Of a stretch of 64,000 bases of DNA, positions 40,030 to 53,001 are shown in pieces. The position numbers and the translations under genes were made by a program. The DNA comes from the human T2T-CHM13v2.0 reference genome, Homo sapiens, in assembly GCF_009914755.1 (NCBI RefSeq), contig NC_060929.1, one strand, 5' to 3'. How positions within the stretch are numbered: the stretch's first letter is position 1; each line of letters begins with the position of its first letter. The notes beneath the pieces were generated by a model. That model was not told the DNA's origin. It did no database searches and worked only from the letters and a program-made list of their open reading frames with translations.

Positions 40030-41752
40030 TTGTTTGTTCATAAATATTCAAAATTTATCTTGTGCCAGACATTGTACTAGATCCCAAGGTTAGGATAATG
40101 AACATGATACAATCTCTACCTGCATAGAACTTACATTTTTGGCATGTCACAAACAAGAAATAATAGAAAAGCCAAATACAGATCATGAGAAGTGGTATGA
40201 ATGAAGATGAAAGAAGGAAGACGAAATAAAGAATAATTATATTCAGTGCAAGTGGGTCTTGAGCAGTCAATTAAGAACTCTGAGGAGATAGTATTTAGGC
40301 TGAGACCTGAAGGATGAAAATGAGCTAGCTATGCAAAAATACTTAAGAGCTTTGCAGACAAAGAGAACAGGAAGTGCAAATGCCTTGGCATCAGAAAGCA
40401 CCTTGGGAATTTGAAAAACAGAAGAGAGGCCAATTGGATTGCCATAAAATAATTAAGGGAGAATATAAAGGGTAGAAGGTAACATTGTATAGGTATACAG
40501 GAGCCACATCATCCAGACAGGCCATTGTAAGAAGAATGGACATATTCTAAGGACAATGAGAAACCACTGAATTAATCTAAGAAAAAAATGATTCCTGATT
40601 CATGTTTCTAAGTGATTACTGATTGCTATGTGAAGACAAATTTTTTTTGGAGAAGGGCAAGAGAAGAAGCAAAGAAATCTATTTCACATAGTACAGAAAG
40701 AGATTGTAGTGAATTAATTTTGAATGGTGGTATGTAGATAGAGGGAAGTGGTAAAACCTGAGATATTTTTTGGTGGTAGAAAAAAATGAACTGGATGATG
40801 AATTGGATGTAGGGAATTGCAGAAAGAGAAAAATTAAAGCTGATACCTGAGTGTTATTTTAGAAAATGGATGAATAAGGGTGCCATATACTGAGATGAGA
40901 GAGAGTTGCAAATAACTAGGTTTGTGAAGAAAGTCAAAAGCTCAGTTTGGGTCATTGGGCTAGAAATTAATTTTGAAAACCATGAGTGTATACAGTACAA
41001 GTTACTTAAATCCATGAGACTAAATAAGATCACTTAGGGAGAAAGCTCTGATAGAATTGAAAAGAGACTAGCTCTGAGGCTTGGCAAAGAGAGAAGGAGT
41101 AACAGTGAGGTAAGAGGAAAACCAGGACGATGATGTCACAGAGCCAAGGGAAGAAAGGCTTTAAGGAGAGTGTTTTGCTGGGTCTAATGCTGCCAAGGCA
41201 TCAAATGAGGTAGGAAGAGAGGAGTTGGGTTTGGCAATGCAGAGACTGTGGGAGACCTTGACAAAGGTCCACCTCACTGCAGAGGTGGAAACAGAAGCTA
41301 CATTAGAATGGGGTGAATAATTAATTGGAAGAAAGAAAGTGGTGATAGTGAACATTGATAACATGTTTAAGATGTTAAATAGAAGAATTAAAAGTAATAG
41401 GGCAGTATCCAGAAAATAAGATGGAATCAACAGAAGTGTGTTTACTTTTTTTTTTTTTTAACATGGGGCATGTCAGATACGTTAATAGGTATGATCTAAC
41501 AGAAAGGGTGAGAGTGATGCTGCTAGATAGAGGAGCAGAGGAGCAAATACTCCTAGTCCATGACAAGCAAGAGGGGATTAAATCCAGAGAAAAATAGGAA
41601 GATTTGCATTTGATAATGGCAGAGATATTTCCTTCACTGTAACAAAAAGGACAAAGTTTCTGTTTGGTTAGATTTCGTGTGGGAAGATGAGGGAGTTTAC
41701 CTTCAATGTTTTCTATTTTCTTTTCCCTTTTCTTTCTTTTTTTTCTTCTGCT

Positions 41753-41800
<48 letters not shown>

Positions 41801-42760
41801 AGACAAGGTATCACTTTGCTGCACAGGTTGAAGTACAGTGGTACAGTCATGGCTCACTGTAGCCTTCACAAACCCAGTCATTTGGACTCCTAGGTTCAGG
41901 CAATCCTCCTGCCTCAGCCTCCAGAGTAGCTGGGACTATAGGCATGCTTCACCATGCCTGGCTAATTTTTTTTTTTTTAAATAGGGACATGATCATGCTA
42001 TGTTGACCAGGCAGGTCTGGAACTCCTAGGCTCAAGCAATCTTCCCACTTTAGCCTCCCAAAATGCTGGGATCACAGGCTTGAGTCACTGTGCCCAGCGG
42101 ATACCTTCTGTTTTCTCAGTTAAGCAGGGAAGGTGTGTGAAGGGTGAAGTGCAGGTTTTCAACTGTCATCTGAGAAAGTCAAAAGCAAATCTGCTAGAAA
42201 AACATACAAGAATGGTAGGCAGTATTGAATGGCTAGTTGAAGTTTTTGTGATGAATTTCAAGTGTTATCAGTCACCCTAGTATTTTCTACCAATGTTAAG
42301 CTACTGAAGTTCAAACAAGGAAAACAGTAGTTTGCAGATTACAATAGGGCTAAAGAACTGCAGCAATGGAAGACTCAGGTAAATGAATTAGAAGAACAGG
42401 AGGTGATGGTCATAAAGTAGGATGCTTCAAATAAAGAATTACCAGGTGGTTTCATTAGTGGTGATAAGTTCCAGTGGTCTTGTGATAGGTGGCAAAGGTG
42501 GGATAGAGGAAAACATTGAAAGAGGAGAGGTCAAGGAATAGAGAAGCTAAAGTTCAGAGTGTTTCTTCTACATGGTTCTTGGAATCACTAAGAACAATGA
42601 CAGGAATGAAGATGTACAGGAAGGCAGTGAGTCAGTAGTTGAAGTATTAAGTGAATGAAGAGAAATGATTAGGAAGGTAGATAGGAATTACCGCCAAGAA
42701 GTCATGGGTAGTAAAACCGGATAGGAAAACACAGAGTACTTGATCAGCTAAGATTGGAAG
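40030..42760 (-). mobile_element. Long L2 LINE relic interrupted by an AluJ
   Basis: Starts tttgttcataaatattca...tgtgccagacattgtactag; ggctgagacctgaaggatga, gatgtcacagagccaagggaagaa and ggagaccttgacaaagg L2 landmarks. Confidence 0.75.
41720..42098 (-). mobile_element. AluJ SINE with a long poly-T tail
   Basis: More than 40 consecutive T, AluJ diagnostics, degenerate TSD taccttc(aa)tgttttct. Confidence 0.93.
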
Positions 42761-42793
42761 GATATTGTCCTAAAGACAATGTATCATGGCTCT

Positions 42794-42916
42794 TTATATA
42801 TATATATTTGTTTATATTTATATATAATATATGATATATATTTATATATAATACATATTTATATATAAATATGTATTTTAAATATATTTATTTATATTAT
42901 ATATATCATATATATT
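42794..42916. repeat. Degenerate (TA)n tract
   Basis: Seen directly. Confidence 0.85.
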
Positions 42917-43724
42917 CAGTTACATACATATGTGACTATGAATAACTCTACAATGTGTTTTCATTTTTTAATCATATGCTCTTATCAATCAAGGATTCTG
43001 AGCATATAATATTTATAAATCACAAATATGCTACTCTGCAGATAGTTATTACAAAAGAAATTTTATAGGATTAAATATATACATCAAATAAACTAAGCCT
43101 AATATTTCAAACATCTTTACTCTCACTAGAAAATTATTAATCATTTTATAATTGAAAATACTTTATTTTTAAAAACCTTGATTTAAACTTTGGAATCAAG
43201 TGATTTGAAAGTCCGGTACTAAGTTTAGTTTACATCAGTACATGATTTTAATGATTTTCCTAACTGAAAAAGAAACCTCACAAAAACATTTGTGTGCAAA
43301 TGAAATGTATCTCTGGCTGTGTTTACCAAATTCTGATACTCATTTTTTAATCCTACTTAGCAACTATACAAAAGTTTTCATAACTTTCATATAATAAATA
43401 TCAATTTATCCTGATGTCACTAAACTTTTCTATAAACTAATAAAAAGTTATAATATTCTTATGTAATAAATGAATTTAAAACTCACTGAATTCTTTATGT
43501 GAAAGATTTAGAATAAATTAGAAAAATCTTGTTAGGCATGCTGATAAGGGGATTTTAAAGAAGCTGTAATAATTTTTAGCTGTATCACTTAAAAATGGAA
43601 AATTTTTCAGTTTATATTCAAAATGCCCTTTTCATAGCACAAATTTCTTTCAAAAACAAGATACTTTTTAATAATTGCTAAAATACTATTTTTTTTATCT
43701 GTGAGAGATTAAATATAAGGACTG

Positions 43725-44111
43725 TTTTTGTTGTTTGAGACAGGATCTGGCTCTGTTGCCCAGGCAACAGTTGTGCAGTGATACAATCTTGGCTCACTGA
43801 AACCTCTACCTCTTGGGCTCAGGCAATCTTCCCACGGCTCACTGAAACCTCTACCTCTTGGGCTCAGGCAATCTTCCCACGGCTCACTGAAACCTCTACC
43901 TCTTGGGCTCAGGCAATCTTCCCACCTCAGTTTCCTAAGCAGCTGGGACTACAGGCGTGCACCACCACACCTGGCTAGTTTTTATATTTTTGGTAGAGAT
44001 GAGGTTTCGCCACATTACCCAGGCTGATCTCAAACTCCCAAGCTCAAAGGATCCACCCGCCTGAATCTCCCAAAATGCTGGGATTACAGGTGTAAGCCAC
44101 TGTGCCTGGCC
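43725..44111 (-). mobile_element. AluJ SINE with an internal triplication
   Basis: Dimer lengthened by 90 bp. Confidence 0.93.
43791..43925. repeat. Perfect 3 x 45-bp tandem repeat
   Basis: ggctcactgaaacctctacctcttgggctcaggcaatcttcccac at 43791, 43836 and 43881. Confidence 0.98.
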
Positions 44112-44505
44112 AAGGTTTTTTGTTGTTGTTGTTGTTTGGTTTGTTTGTTTGTTTTTCTTTCTATAAAGCTGCTTGGTAAAATACATACTTAGAACAATTG
44201 GGTTTTTTGTGTGTGATGGAAAATGACTCACACATCTTGGCCTCACTAGTCTTTGGGGACTCTGTGTACTTATTCCAACAGCCATTGCAGCAACATACAG
44301 GTATGTGTGACTTGTGTGACTTCACAAGGTACAAACTGCTAGCACCTCTCCTCCCATCCTGGGATTCTCTTTTAATGCTAAGGCATAAGATGCCACCACA
44401 TGATTCCTTGGCATTCACATATGTACAAGTCCAAAATGTGGGAGAATCAAAGCTCCATGGGGTGAAACTTTGTATTAGTTAGGGTTTTCCAGAGAAACAG
44501 GACTA

Positions 44506-44583
44506 TTAGGTTGGTGTAAAAGTAATTGCGGTTTTTGCCATTACTTTTAGTGGTAAAACCACAATTACTTTTGCACCAACCTA
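44506..44583. mobile_element. MADE1 mariner MITE
   Basis: ~78-bp palindrome ttaggttggtgtaaaagtaattgcggtttttgcca...tggtaaaaccacaattacttttgcaccaaccta flanked by TA. Confidence 0.95.
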
Positions 44584-44718
44584 TAATAGGGGTGTGTGTG
44601 TGCATGTGTGTACACATAAAGAGAGATGTATTATAAGAAATTAGTAAGAAATTAGCTCATGAGATTATGCTAAGATGTCCTATGTTCTGCCATTTACCTG
44701 GAGACCCAGGAAAGCCAT

Positions 44719-45575
44719 TGTGGTATTGTGAAATATATATCTGGTCTTCTTCCCTGTTTCCTGGCATACAGATACTAAAACCCTTAGAATTTCAGAAATG
44801 ATGGATTATCTTTTGTATGTTAATGAGATAACCAGTAGGTGTGGAACCCTAGATAGCTTCAGGATGGGAGCTGGTTGCCAGAAAGACCAAGACATAATTA
44901 GAGGATTGAGACTTTCAGCCCTAACCTATGGAGAAGGGAGAGGGGCTGAAGATTGAGTTGGCCATCAACAATGGCCAATGATATAATCAATCATGCCTAT
45001 GCAATGAAGCCACCATAAAAACTCAAAAAGGCAGAGTTTGGAACAGCTTCTGGGTAGCTGAACATGTGAAAGTTTCTGGAAAGTAATGTGCCAGTGAGAG
45101 CATGAAAGCTCCATGTCCCTTCTTCCATACTTTAATCTATACACTTTTCCATCTGGTTGTTCATCTGTATTTTTTATAATGTCCTTCATAATAAGTGGGT
45201 AAATGTAAGTGTCTCCCTGAGTTATGTGAGAACCTCTAGTAAGTTAACAGAAACTGAGAAGGAGAGTCATGGGAACCCTGATTTATGGCTGCTCTGTCGG
45301 AAGCACAGGCCACAACCTGGGGCTTGCAGTTGGCATCTGAAGTGGAGGACACTCTTGGGGGACTGAGCACTCAACCTGTGGGGTCTGATGTTATCTCCAG
45401 GTAGACAGTGTTAGGATTGAATTGAACTACAGGACACCCAGCTTGTGTCTGCTGGAGGAGTGCTTGCTTGGTGTGTGGAGAGATAACCTCACACATCTGG
45501 CCTCTGAAGTGTTGGATTGAGTATGTTAGTACAGAGTCTGAAAAACATTTGGGTTTGTTTTTCCCATGTATTATA
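44719..45575 (+). mobile_element. MER21 (MER21B-like) LTR
   Basis: tgtggtattgtgaaatatatatctggtctt..., tggccaatgatataatcaatcatgcctatg; TSD gccat/gccag. Confidence 0.85.
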
Positions 45576-46311
45576 GCCAGAAATGTAGTTCTGGAAAGCT
45601 GATGGTGCCAATTTCAGGGTAGGTCTGAAGACCTGAGAACCAGGAGCACTCAGGGAAAAGATTGATGCCTCAGCTCAAGCAGTCACACAGAGAGCAAATT
45701 CAACCTTCCTCTACCTTTTTGTTCTATTCAGGCCCTCAACAGACTGCATGATGCCCATCCACACTGGGAAGAACAATCTGCTTTACTTGATCTACTGATT
45801 TAAATGCTAATCTCTTCTAGAAATAACTTCACAGGCACCTCTAATAATGTTTTACCATGTATCTGGACATCCGGTATCCCAGTTAGGTTGACACATAAAA
45901 TTAATAATCACAAGTTTTGGCCAAGAGAAGAAGGCCAGAAGATTATTACTTCCCCATTTCTCCTCCCAAGGGACTCTCCTGGGAAGATGAAGTCACTTAT
46001 AAAGCCTCTAAGAAGATGGCCACATGAGACTGAGCCATGGCATTTGACACTAGTAGCGGCATTCTGGTTAATGCAGCTTTGTATTGGCTCTCTCTCTCAT
46101 TTCTTGCCACATTCTTGTTTTGCTTCATCCTGGGCCTAAGGATTGCATTACAGATGAGGATATAACATATAATCCTTCCCCTCAGTCTCTAAACCCAAGT
46201 TAATAGAAATACTTTTTCCTGAGGTAAAGAATGAACCCCTTATTGTATAAAATATGCTCATGGTAACACCTCCTCAAATTACAAAGTATTTCAGGTAACA
46301 TAGGAGATATA

Positions 46312-46897
46312 CAGCAGGTCCTCCTGGTATATGATTCAATGTCATTTTGTTACAATGTTGATGAGAAAAAAAATGTATTCCTGGCTGAGGTCACTATCTG
46401 TGTAGAGTCTGCCTGCGTGTTCTCCCCATGTCTGTGTGGGTTTTCTCTGGGTACTCTGGTTCCTTCCCACATCCCAGTGATGTGCACATTAGGTTAATTG
46501 GCACATCTAAATTGTCCTGGTCTGAGTGAGCGTGGATGTGAACGTGCTCTGCGATGGGATGGTGTCCTCTCCAGGGCTGGTTCCTGCCTTGAGCACTGAG
46601 CTGCCAGGAAAGGCTCCAGCTACCGGCAACCCTGAACTGGAATAAGCAGGTAAATAATTATCTTACTTGTTTTTATTAACTTTAAATGTATGTGTAGCTC
46701 ACATTTATTTCAATGTTTATTATTAGAAGTGTTTTGGTCTTTATTTAGAAGTTTGGTGGGTTTTGTGACCAGAAATATGCTATAGATACTTAACTTTGGT
46801 TTATATTTATCCTATGGTAAAATCGGTTTTGCTGTACACTGTTTTGGTTCAAGTCAGTTTCCAAGAACCTACTGACAATGTTAGTGAGGACGTACTA
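46312..46897 (+). mobile_element. MER6A-like TcMar-Tigger DNA transposon
   Basis: TA|cagcaggtcctc ... gaggacgtacta|TA terminal inverted repeats; internal ttctccccatgtctgtgtgggttttctctgggtactctgg. Confidence 0.85.
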
Positions 46898-47596
46898 TAA
46901 TCATCTGATCCATTTAACCAAGTACATTTAATTGCAATATGTGGTAACATAATTTTACATAAATGTGGTGCCAGTGTAAAATCTTCCAGTGTAAATCCTG
47001 TGTGGGATTTGTTTCTTAGGCATACCTTACATATTGTATATAAAATGGGACCATCAGACAAAAAAGCCTGATTTTGTCAGTATCAATTAATATATTAAAC
47101 ACAAGTAAAGCTTAATATCTCTGTCTCTCTACCTAGCTATATTTAGAATTGACTTGCATGCCTTCTTGGGAGTATACATCCCCATTTTGGAGACAGGTGT
47201 TCTAGAAGCTTCACAGTCAATGCCTATATGGCAACAATTCCCTCCGTAGTAGTGGTGAAGTCATGAGACATCAATGTCCTACATGAAAGAGATAGTTATA
47301 GCCCAATAGATGGGGAAAATAATATAAATTTAGAGAACTAATTTTAATCACCTCCTAGGAAGATAGAGTGCAAAGCTTTTTGAAGCAAAGACCCCTCTCT
47401 CACAGTATGTGTTAATTTCTTATTCAGCATTTAGGTGTAAATTGTTCATTTTGAAATAAATTGTTCTATCAAATGACCTGGGTATCATCTACCACTAATT
47501 TTATCTTTTAAGTATAGCTATTAATCATAAGCTTTAATTCAAAATATTTAGCACTATACATGTTTTTATCAGAGATCTATTTAAATTTTACTTACT

Positions 47597-47800
47597 CTAT
47601 GCAAAGGTGTAAGAATGATACAATGGAATTTGGGGACTCAGGGGAAAGAGTGGGAGGGGAGTGAGGAGACTACACATTGGATACAGTGTACACTGCTCAG
47701 GTGATGGGTGCACCAAAATCTCAGAAATCACCACTAAAGAACTTGTTCATGTAACCAAACACCACCTGTTCCCCCAAAACCTATTGAGATAAAATTTAAA
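47597..47800 (+). mobile_element. L1PB 3' end (heavily 5'-truncated)
   Basis: aagaatgatacaatgga...ggtgcaccaaaatctcagaaatcaccactaaagaac; TSD aaatt(t/a)tactt(a/c)ct. Confidence 0.9.
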
Positions 47801-48235
47801 AATTATACTTCCTGCAACAGATATGAGTTATCTCCAACCTAAATCATTTCCATTTTAGCATTTAAACTGAAGTTTTCTGTTTTACAAAAAGTAGGACTGT
47901 TATTGTACAAATTTTAATTTCCTTAATTATGTATAAAATATATTTTTAAAACAGTAGAATTAATATATCTTTAATTCATAATACTTTTCACAGATATTTG
48001 GGGAAGTTTCTTTCAGGAAACAGCCAAAATTCTAACTGCCACATATTGGCTAATAGTCGAAAAATCATAGTTTGAGTAAATACTGTTGTTTGAGGTTATA
48101 ATTTAAATGCCAGTTATAAATAAGTGTATTAAAAACTTCAATGTCTAATTTGAAACAATTGTATATAAAAAGATCACATTTCAACCACAATCTCCAATTA
48201 GAAGATATATTGTGTAGATCTTTTTTTATAATTCT

Positions 48236-49515
48236 ACACAAAAATACAACAAAAAAGAAAACTACAGGCTAATATCCCTGATGAACATAGATGCAAAAAA
48301 TCTCAACAATATATTAGAAAACTGAATCTACCAACATATCAAAAAGATTATACATGATCGAGTTGGATTTTTATTGTCATTTTTTTAGATGGGGTCTTAA
48401 TATGTTCCCCAAGTTGGTCTCTTACTATGTTCCCTAAGTTGGTCTCAAACTCCTGGGCTCAAGCAATCCTCCCACGTCAGGAGTGGGAGGATTGTTGCAA
48501 CTACACATATTGCATCTACAGGCATGTGCCACTGAGCCTGGCTTCAAGTTCAAGTGGGATTTATCCCAAGGATGCAAGGATGGTTCAAAACATGCAAGTC
48601 AATAATCGTGATATATCACATCAACAGAATGAAGAATTAAAAAAATGATCATTTCAATAGATGCAGAAAAAGCATTTCATAATATTCAATATCACTTAAT
48701 GATAAAAACTTTCAACAAATTAGGCATAGAAGGAAAGCACCTCAACACAATAAAAGCCATATATGACAAACCCACAGCTAACATACTGAATGGGGAAAAG
48801 ATGGAAGCTTTTCCTCTAAAAACTGGAATAAGACAAGGATGCCCACTTTCACTACTCTTATTCAACATAGTATTGAAGTCTTAATTAGATCACTTAGGCA
48901 AGAGAAAGAAATAAAAGCCATTCAGACTGGAAAGGAAGAAGTCAAACTGTCCCTGTTTGCGGATAACATGATCTTATATATAGATAATGCTAAAGATGAC
49001 CAAAAAACTCTTAGAGCTGATAAACAAATTCGGTAAAGCTGCAAAATACAAAATCAGCGTACAAAAATCAGTAGCATTTCCATTTATAATTATACCTACC
49101 CAAAAAAGTCTAGGAATAAATTTAATAAAGGGGGTGAAATATCTCTAAAATGAAAACTACAAAACACTGATGAAAAAATTAAGAGGACACAAAAAATGAA
49201 AAGTCATCCTATATTTATGGATTGCAAGAATTAATATTTTTAAAATTACCATGCCATCCAAGGTAATCTACATATTCAATCCAATTCCTATCAAAATACC
49301 AATAACATTCTTCACAAAAATAGAAAAAAAACCCTAAAATCCAAACAGCCAAAGCAATCCTAAGCAAAAACAAAAACAAACAAACAAACAAAAACAAAGC
49401 TGGCAGCATCACACTACCTGACTTCAAAATATACGACAAAGCTATGGTAACTACATGGCATGATATTGCATAAAAATAGACGCATAGACATAGAGAACCT
49501 AGAAATCACATACTT
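48236..49515 (+). mobile_element. Old L1 (L1MA/L1PB-like) ORF2 RT-region fragment
   Basis: ORFs [11 protein letters not shown]...[15 protein letters not shown] and [14 protein letters not shown]. Confidence 0.9.
48371..48543 (-). mobile_element. Rearranged FLAM/AluJ monomer inside L1
   Basis: Monomer with internal direct and inverted duplications; TSD tcgagttggattt / tcaagtgggattt. Confidence 0.8.
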
Positions 49516-49719
49516 ATAAAATTGTGCTTCTGCTCTTTAAGAAGAAATGTGGATAGATATGTTATGGGTAACCAATAGTGACTGCCACAGTGGTTGTATA
49601 AATTCCTGCTCCTGTAGAAGTGTGTGTGTTTGTGTTTGTATGTGTTTTACTTGCTAATATAAGGTTTTGTTTTTCAGTCATTTTGGAAGTTTGTTGTATG
49701 TTATAGGTAAACTCTGGTT

Positions 49720-51450
49720 CACATTCACATTTTCATGATAAATGGTTAAGCATTTTTTCCATATATTTATGGCCATCTGAGTCTCCTCTTCTGTGAACTA
49801 TGTTTATGTTTTTGTTCTCTTTTGATATTTCTTATCTACCTGAGGAGCTCTTTATAGTCTAGATATGAATTATTTTGTAAGATGTATGCATCACAGATAT
49901 TTTCTCCCAGTCTGTGTGCTATGGACTGAATGTTTGTGTCCCCAAAAAACTCCTATGTTGAAATCCAATCCTCCCACCCCCATCCTGCCTTCCAAAGTGA
50001 TAGTATTTGGATCTGAGGCCATTGGAAAGTGATTATATCATGAGGGTGAATCCCTCATAAATAGGATTAGTGCTCTTGTAAAAAGTACTCCAGAGAGCCA
50101 TCTTGTTTTTCTGCCATGTGAGGACATAGTGAGAAGATGGTGGTCTATAAACTAGAAAGTGGGCTCTCTTTGACTGGGACTGCTCAGCCTCCAGAAACTA
50201 TGAGAAATAAATGTTGTTTAAGCCACTCAGTCTATGGTATTTTTTTATACAGCCAGAATGGACTAAGACACTGTAACTTATCTCTTAATTGTATTTTGGT
50301 GTCTTTTACGGAACACATGTTTTATTTAATGTTATAAAAAAAATGCATTTTGTCGTTTATGCCATTGCATCTAGCTTAAGAAAGCTTTCCTTACTGGAAG
50401 TCATAAATTCTCCTATCTTTTTCTAAAAGTCTTAAAGTTTTGCTCTTTGTATTTAAGTTTCTTTCATCTGAAGTATATTCCATGTAAATAGAGTGAGGCA
50501 GAGATCTTTCTGACTTTTTCCCATGTGACTAACCAATTATCCCGGCATTATTTGTTATTTTTTTATTTTACTCCTGAATTTTAATGTCACACTTGTCATA
50601 CACCAAGTTATCAAATATGTGAATCTGTTCTGAGTTTTGTTTTGTTGGTCTATTAATTTTATTTCTGACACAATAATACAGTTGTATAATTACAACATTA
50701 GAATATCAATATCTGGTAAAGTAATATCAGTGAAACTGATTTATGAATTGCATGTAAAAATTTTAAGGCCACCATGTCAATGTAATTAGCACTGGCCTAC
50801 AGATAACCTATTGATTTGACCACTTTGCTCTTGTATGTAGAAACTTTGCTTAACTCTCCTATTCCAGTTCTTCAGCTGTACAATTATTGGATTTTCTATA
50901 AAAAAAAATATTCAAATAATCAATATTTGATCTTCCCTAATCCATATAACTGGTTATTTCTTTCTTATTTCATTGGTTAGGAACTCCAGAGCAATGATGA
51001 TTATTGGTGGAGATAATAAGTATTAATGCTTGTTCCTAATGTTAATGGGAATTTTATAACTCTCATACATTATTTCTAGGATAAATCATATTTGATCATA
51101 ATGCATTTTTTAAAATGCTTGATTCAATTTGTCAACATCTTATGATACTTGCATGTACTCATAAGGAAGATTAACCTATAATTTTTCTTTCTCTTATTTT
51201 TCTAGTTCAGCTAACTAGAATATATTAACTTCATGAGAGAAACTACAGAATTTTCCTCTTTTTCTGTATTTTGTAGCATTTTGTGCTAAAGAGATTTTTC
51301 TGTGCTTTGAATGTTTGTTGGTAATCCCTGTGTAAAATTTTCTAGACTTACTGTTATTTATTTTGGGTAGGTTTTTGCTTACTAATTCAATTTTTCCAAA
51401 GGCTTTCTCCTCAGACATAGATTTACTCTTGAGTCAATTTTGGTAATTTA
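49720..51450 (-). mobile_element. Ancient L1M (L1ME-like) ORF2 relic
   Basis: gcattttttccatatatttatggccat...tcttctgtgaa, tattttctcccagtctgt, cttgttcctaatgttaatgggaa landmarks; split by an MLT1A0. Confidence 0.7.
49917..50270 (+). mobile_element. MaLR solo LTR (MLT1A0-like)
   Basis: tgctatggactgaatgtttgtgtcccc ... ggactaagaca; TSD ctgtg/ctgta. Confidence 0.9.
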
Positions 51451-51907
51451 AATTTTTAGTGATGCCCACCTGCAAAGGGCCAGGTCTGGCATACAGTTTG
51501 AAATTTGCTGCCAGAGTCCCATTTTGCAATCCCGAACTTCTGGTGGAGACTGGGGTGTCCATGGCCCACTACCCAGTGGCGAGTAAACTCTTTGCTCCCA
51601 GACTGTTGCAAGAAGCTTAAAGGATGGCCTCCAGATCTGGAACAATTATGTTCTCATATTAATAAAAAGATTAACAATATTTTTAAAAATCTGTCATTGA
51701 GAAACTGGCCAAGAACCTACCTTGAAGAATATCTTAATAGGAGATGAGATCACTGTAAGAAATGAACTTCTAAATAAATTTGAATAGGAAATTCAGTATT
51801 AAGAACAAACCAACAATTCACTCAAGGAACTCTGTAAATCTCTTGAAGAATATTATAAAATGTGGAATATCTCAAAGAAAACTTTCCTTCCCATGTGCCT
51901 CAAATAA

Positions 51908-51995
51908 CAGGTCTCAAACTCCTAGCCTCAATCAGTCCTCCCACCTCAGCCTCCCAAAGTGCTGGGATTACAGGTGTGAGCCACTGTCCCCAGCC
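51908..51995 (-). mobile_element. Alu/FLAM fragment
   Basis: gtctcaaactcctagcctcaa...cctcccaaagtgctgggattacaggtgtgagccactgtccccagcc. Confidence 0.88.
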
Positions 51996-52184
51996 ATAAT
52001 TTATTTATATTTTATTTCTTTAGCTTTTTCATCTTCTATCCTGTTTCATATAAAATTCAAACTTTTTTGGATAAATTTTTTAATCAAATGCTTCCGTTTA
52101 AGTTAGTTTTAGCATTTATTTTTATAAAATTTTAGCATGTAATTTTAAAATAATTTTTTATATTTTAAGATCATACCTGTCCAT

Positions 52185-52857
52185 GTGACTCCAATTCAGC
52201 TGTAAAAGATCTGAGAAATATTTGATCTGTTGTCCAGGAAGAAAAGGAGAGGAGGAACATTCTTCTATCATTTCACTCTTACCTGTATATGAAGAATATA
52301 CTTACCTCCCCCGAAGGAGGACAATCTGAAGTCCCTTCTAGTTAGTGCATTCAGCTCAAAGCCAAAGACATTCAAGAAATGTGTCATCTTCTCCAATACG
52401 TGAATGTTTGAATTCTCCTGAAATAAAATCCCATGAACTGAAGAAATATCCTGTCTTTACCACCACTCCCATATACACCTACATGTGAGGGTGCATGCAT
52501 GCACATGAACACACACACATCTAATATACAAAATGAATCAAGGACAGAAGTAGCTATAATAGGAATCTGATTAGTAAGGGTAGGAATGGAAGGCAAGCAA
52601 CAGTAACCAGTGCATATAGATCTTAAACAACAGATCGCCAAACACACTGCAGAATGATAAGAGGGTCTGAAATGTAATACATCAAGTGTTAATGTGCCAG
52701 ACCTAGAAGTGGCAAATGTCACTTGGACATATTCCACTGGCTAAAACTCAGTTACATAGGCCCAGTAAAATGATAAAAAGCCTATGTAAGTTTTGGTTGT
52801 ATGCCAAAAAAGAAGAGGACAAAATGGATATTGATGTGCACTAACAGTCTGTGTCAT
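52185..52857 (-). mobile_element. Old MLT1 (J/K-like) LTR pieces with probable internal sequence
   Basis: gccagacctagaagtggc...atattccactggctaaaactcagttacat LTR motif; second LTR end near 52190-52255. Confidence 0.5.
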
Positions 52858-53001
52858 CATGGTGACATGATCCTTCTATCATGAAGTAATCAACCTCTTT
52901 AGAGAAAAATCATTATTAGACTTAAAGTTGTTTTCTAATATCAATATTACTGTCAGATCTATTTTGGTCCGGTTCCTGGTGTACAGTTTTTCAACCTATG
53001 A

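Larger units (their letters stand above)
44471..45912 (-). mobile_element. ERVL solo LTR (MLT2B-like), split by MADE1 and MER21
   Basis: tgtattagttagggttttccagagaaacag ... gttgacacataaaattaataatcaca. Confidence 0.88.

Noticed and set aside
41375-41893. Poly-Lys and poly-Phe ORFs
   Set aside because: Translations of an Alu poly(A)/poly(T) tail.
43778-43978. Repeat protein or CRISPR-like array
   Set aside because: Head-to-tail 45-bp repeat with no spacers, inside an Alu in primate DNA.
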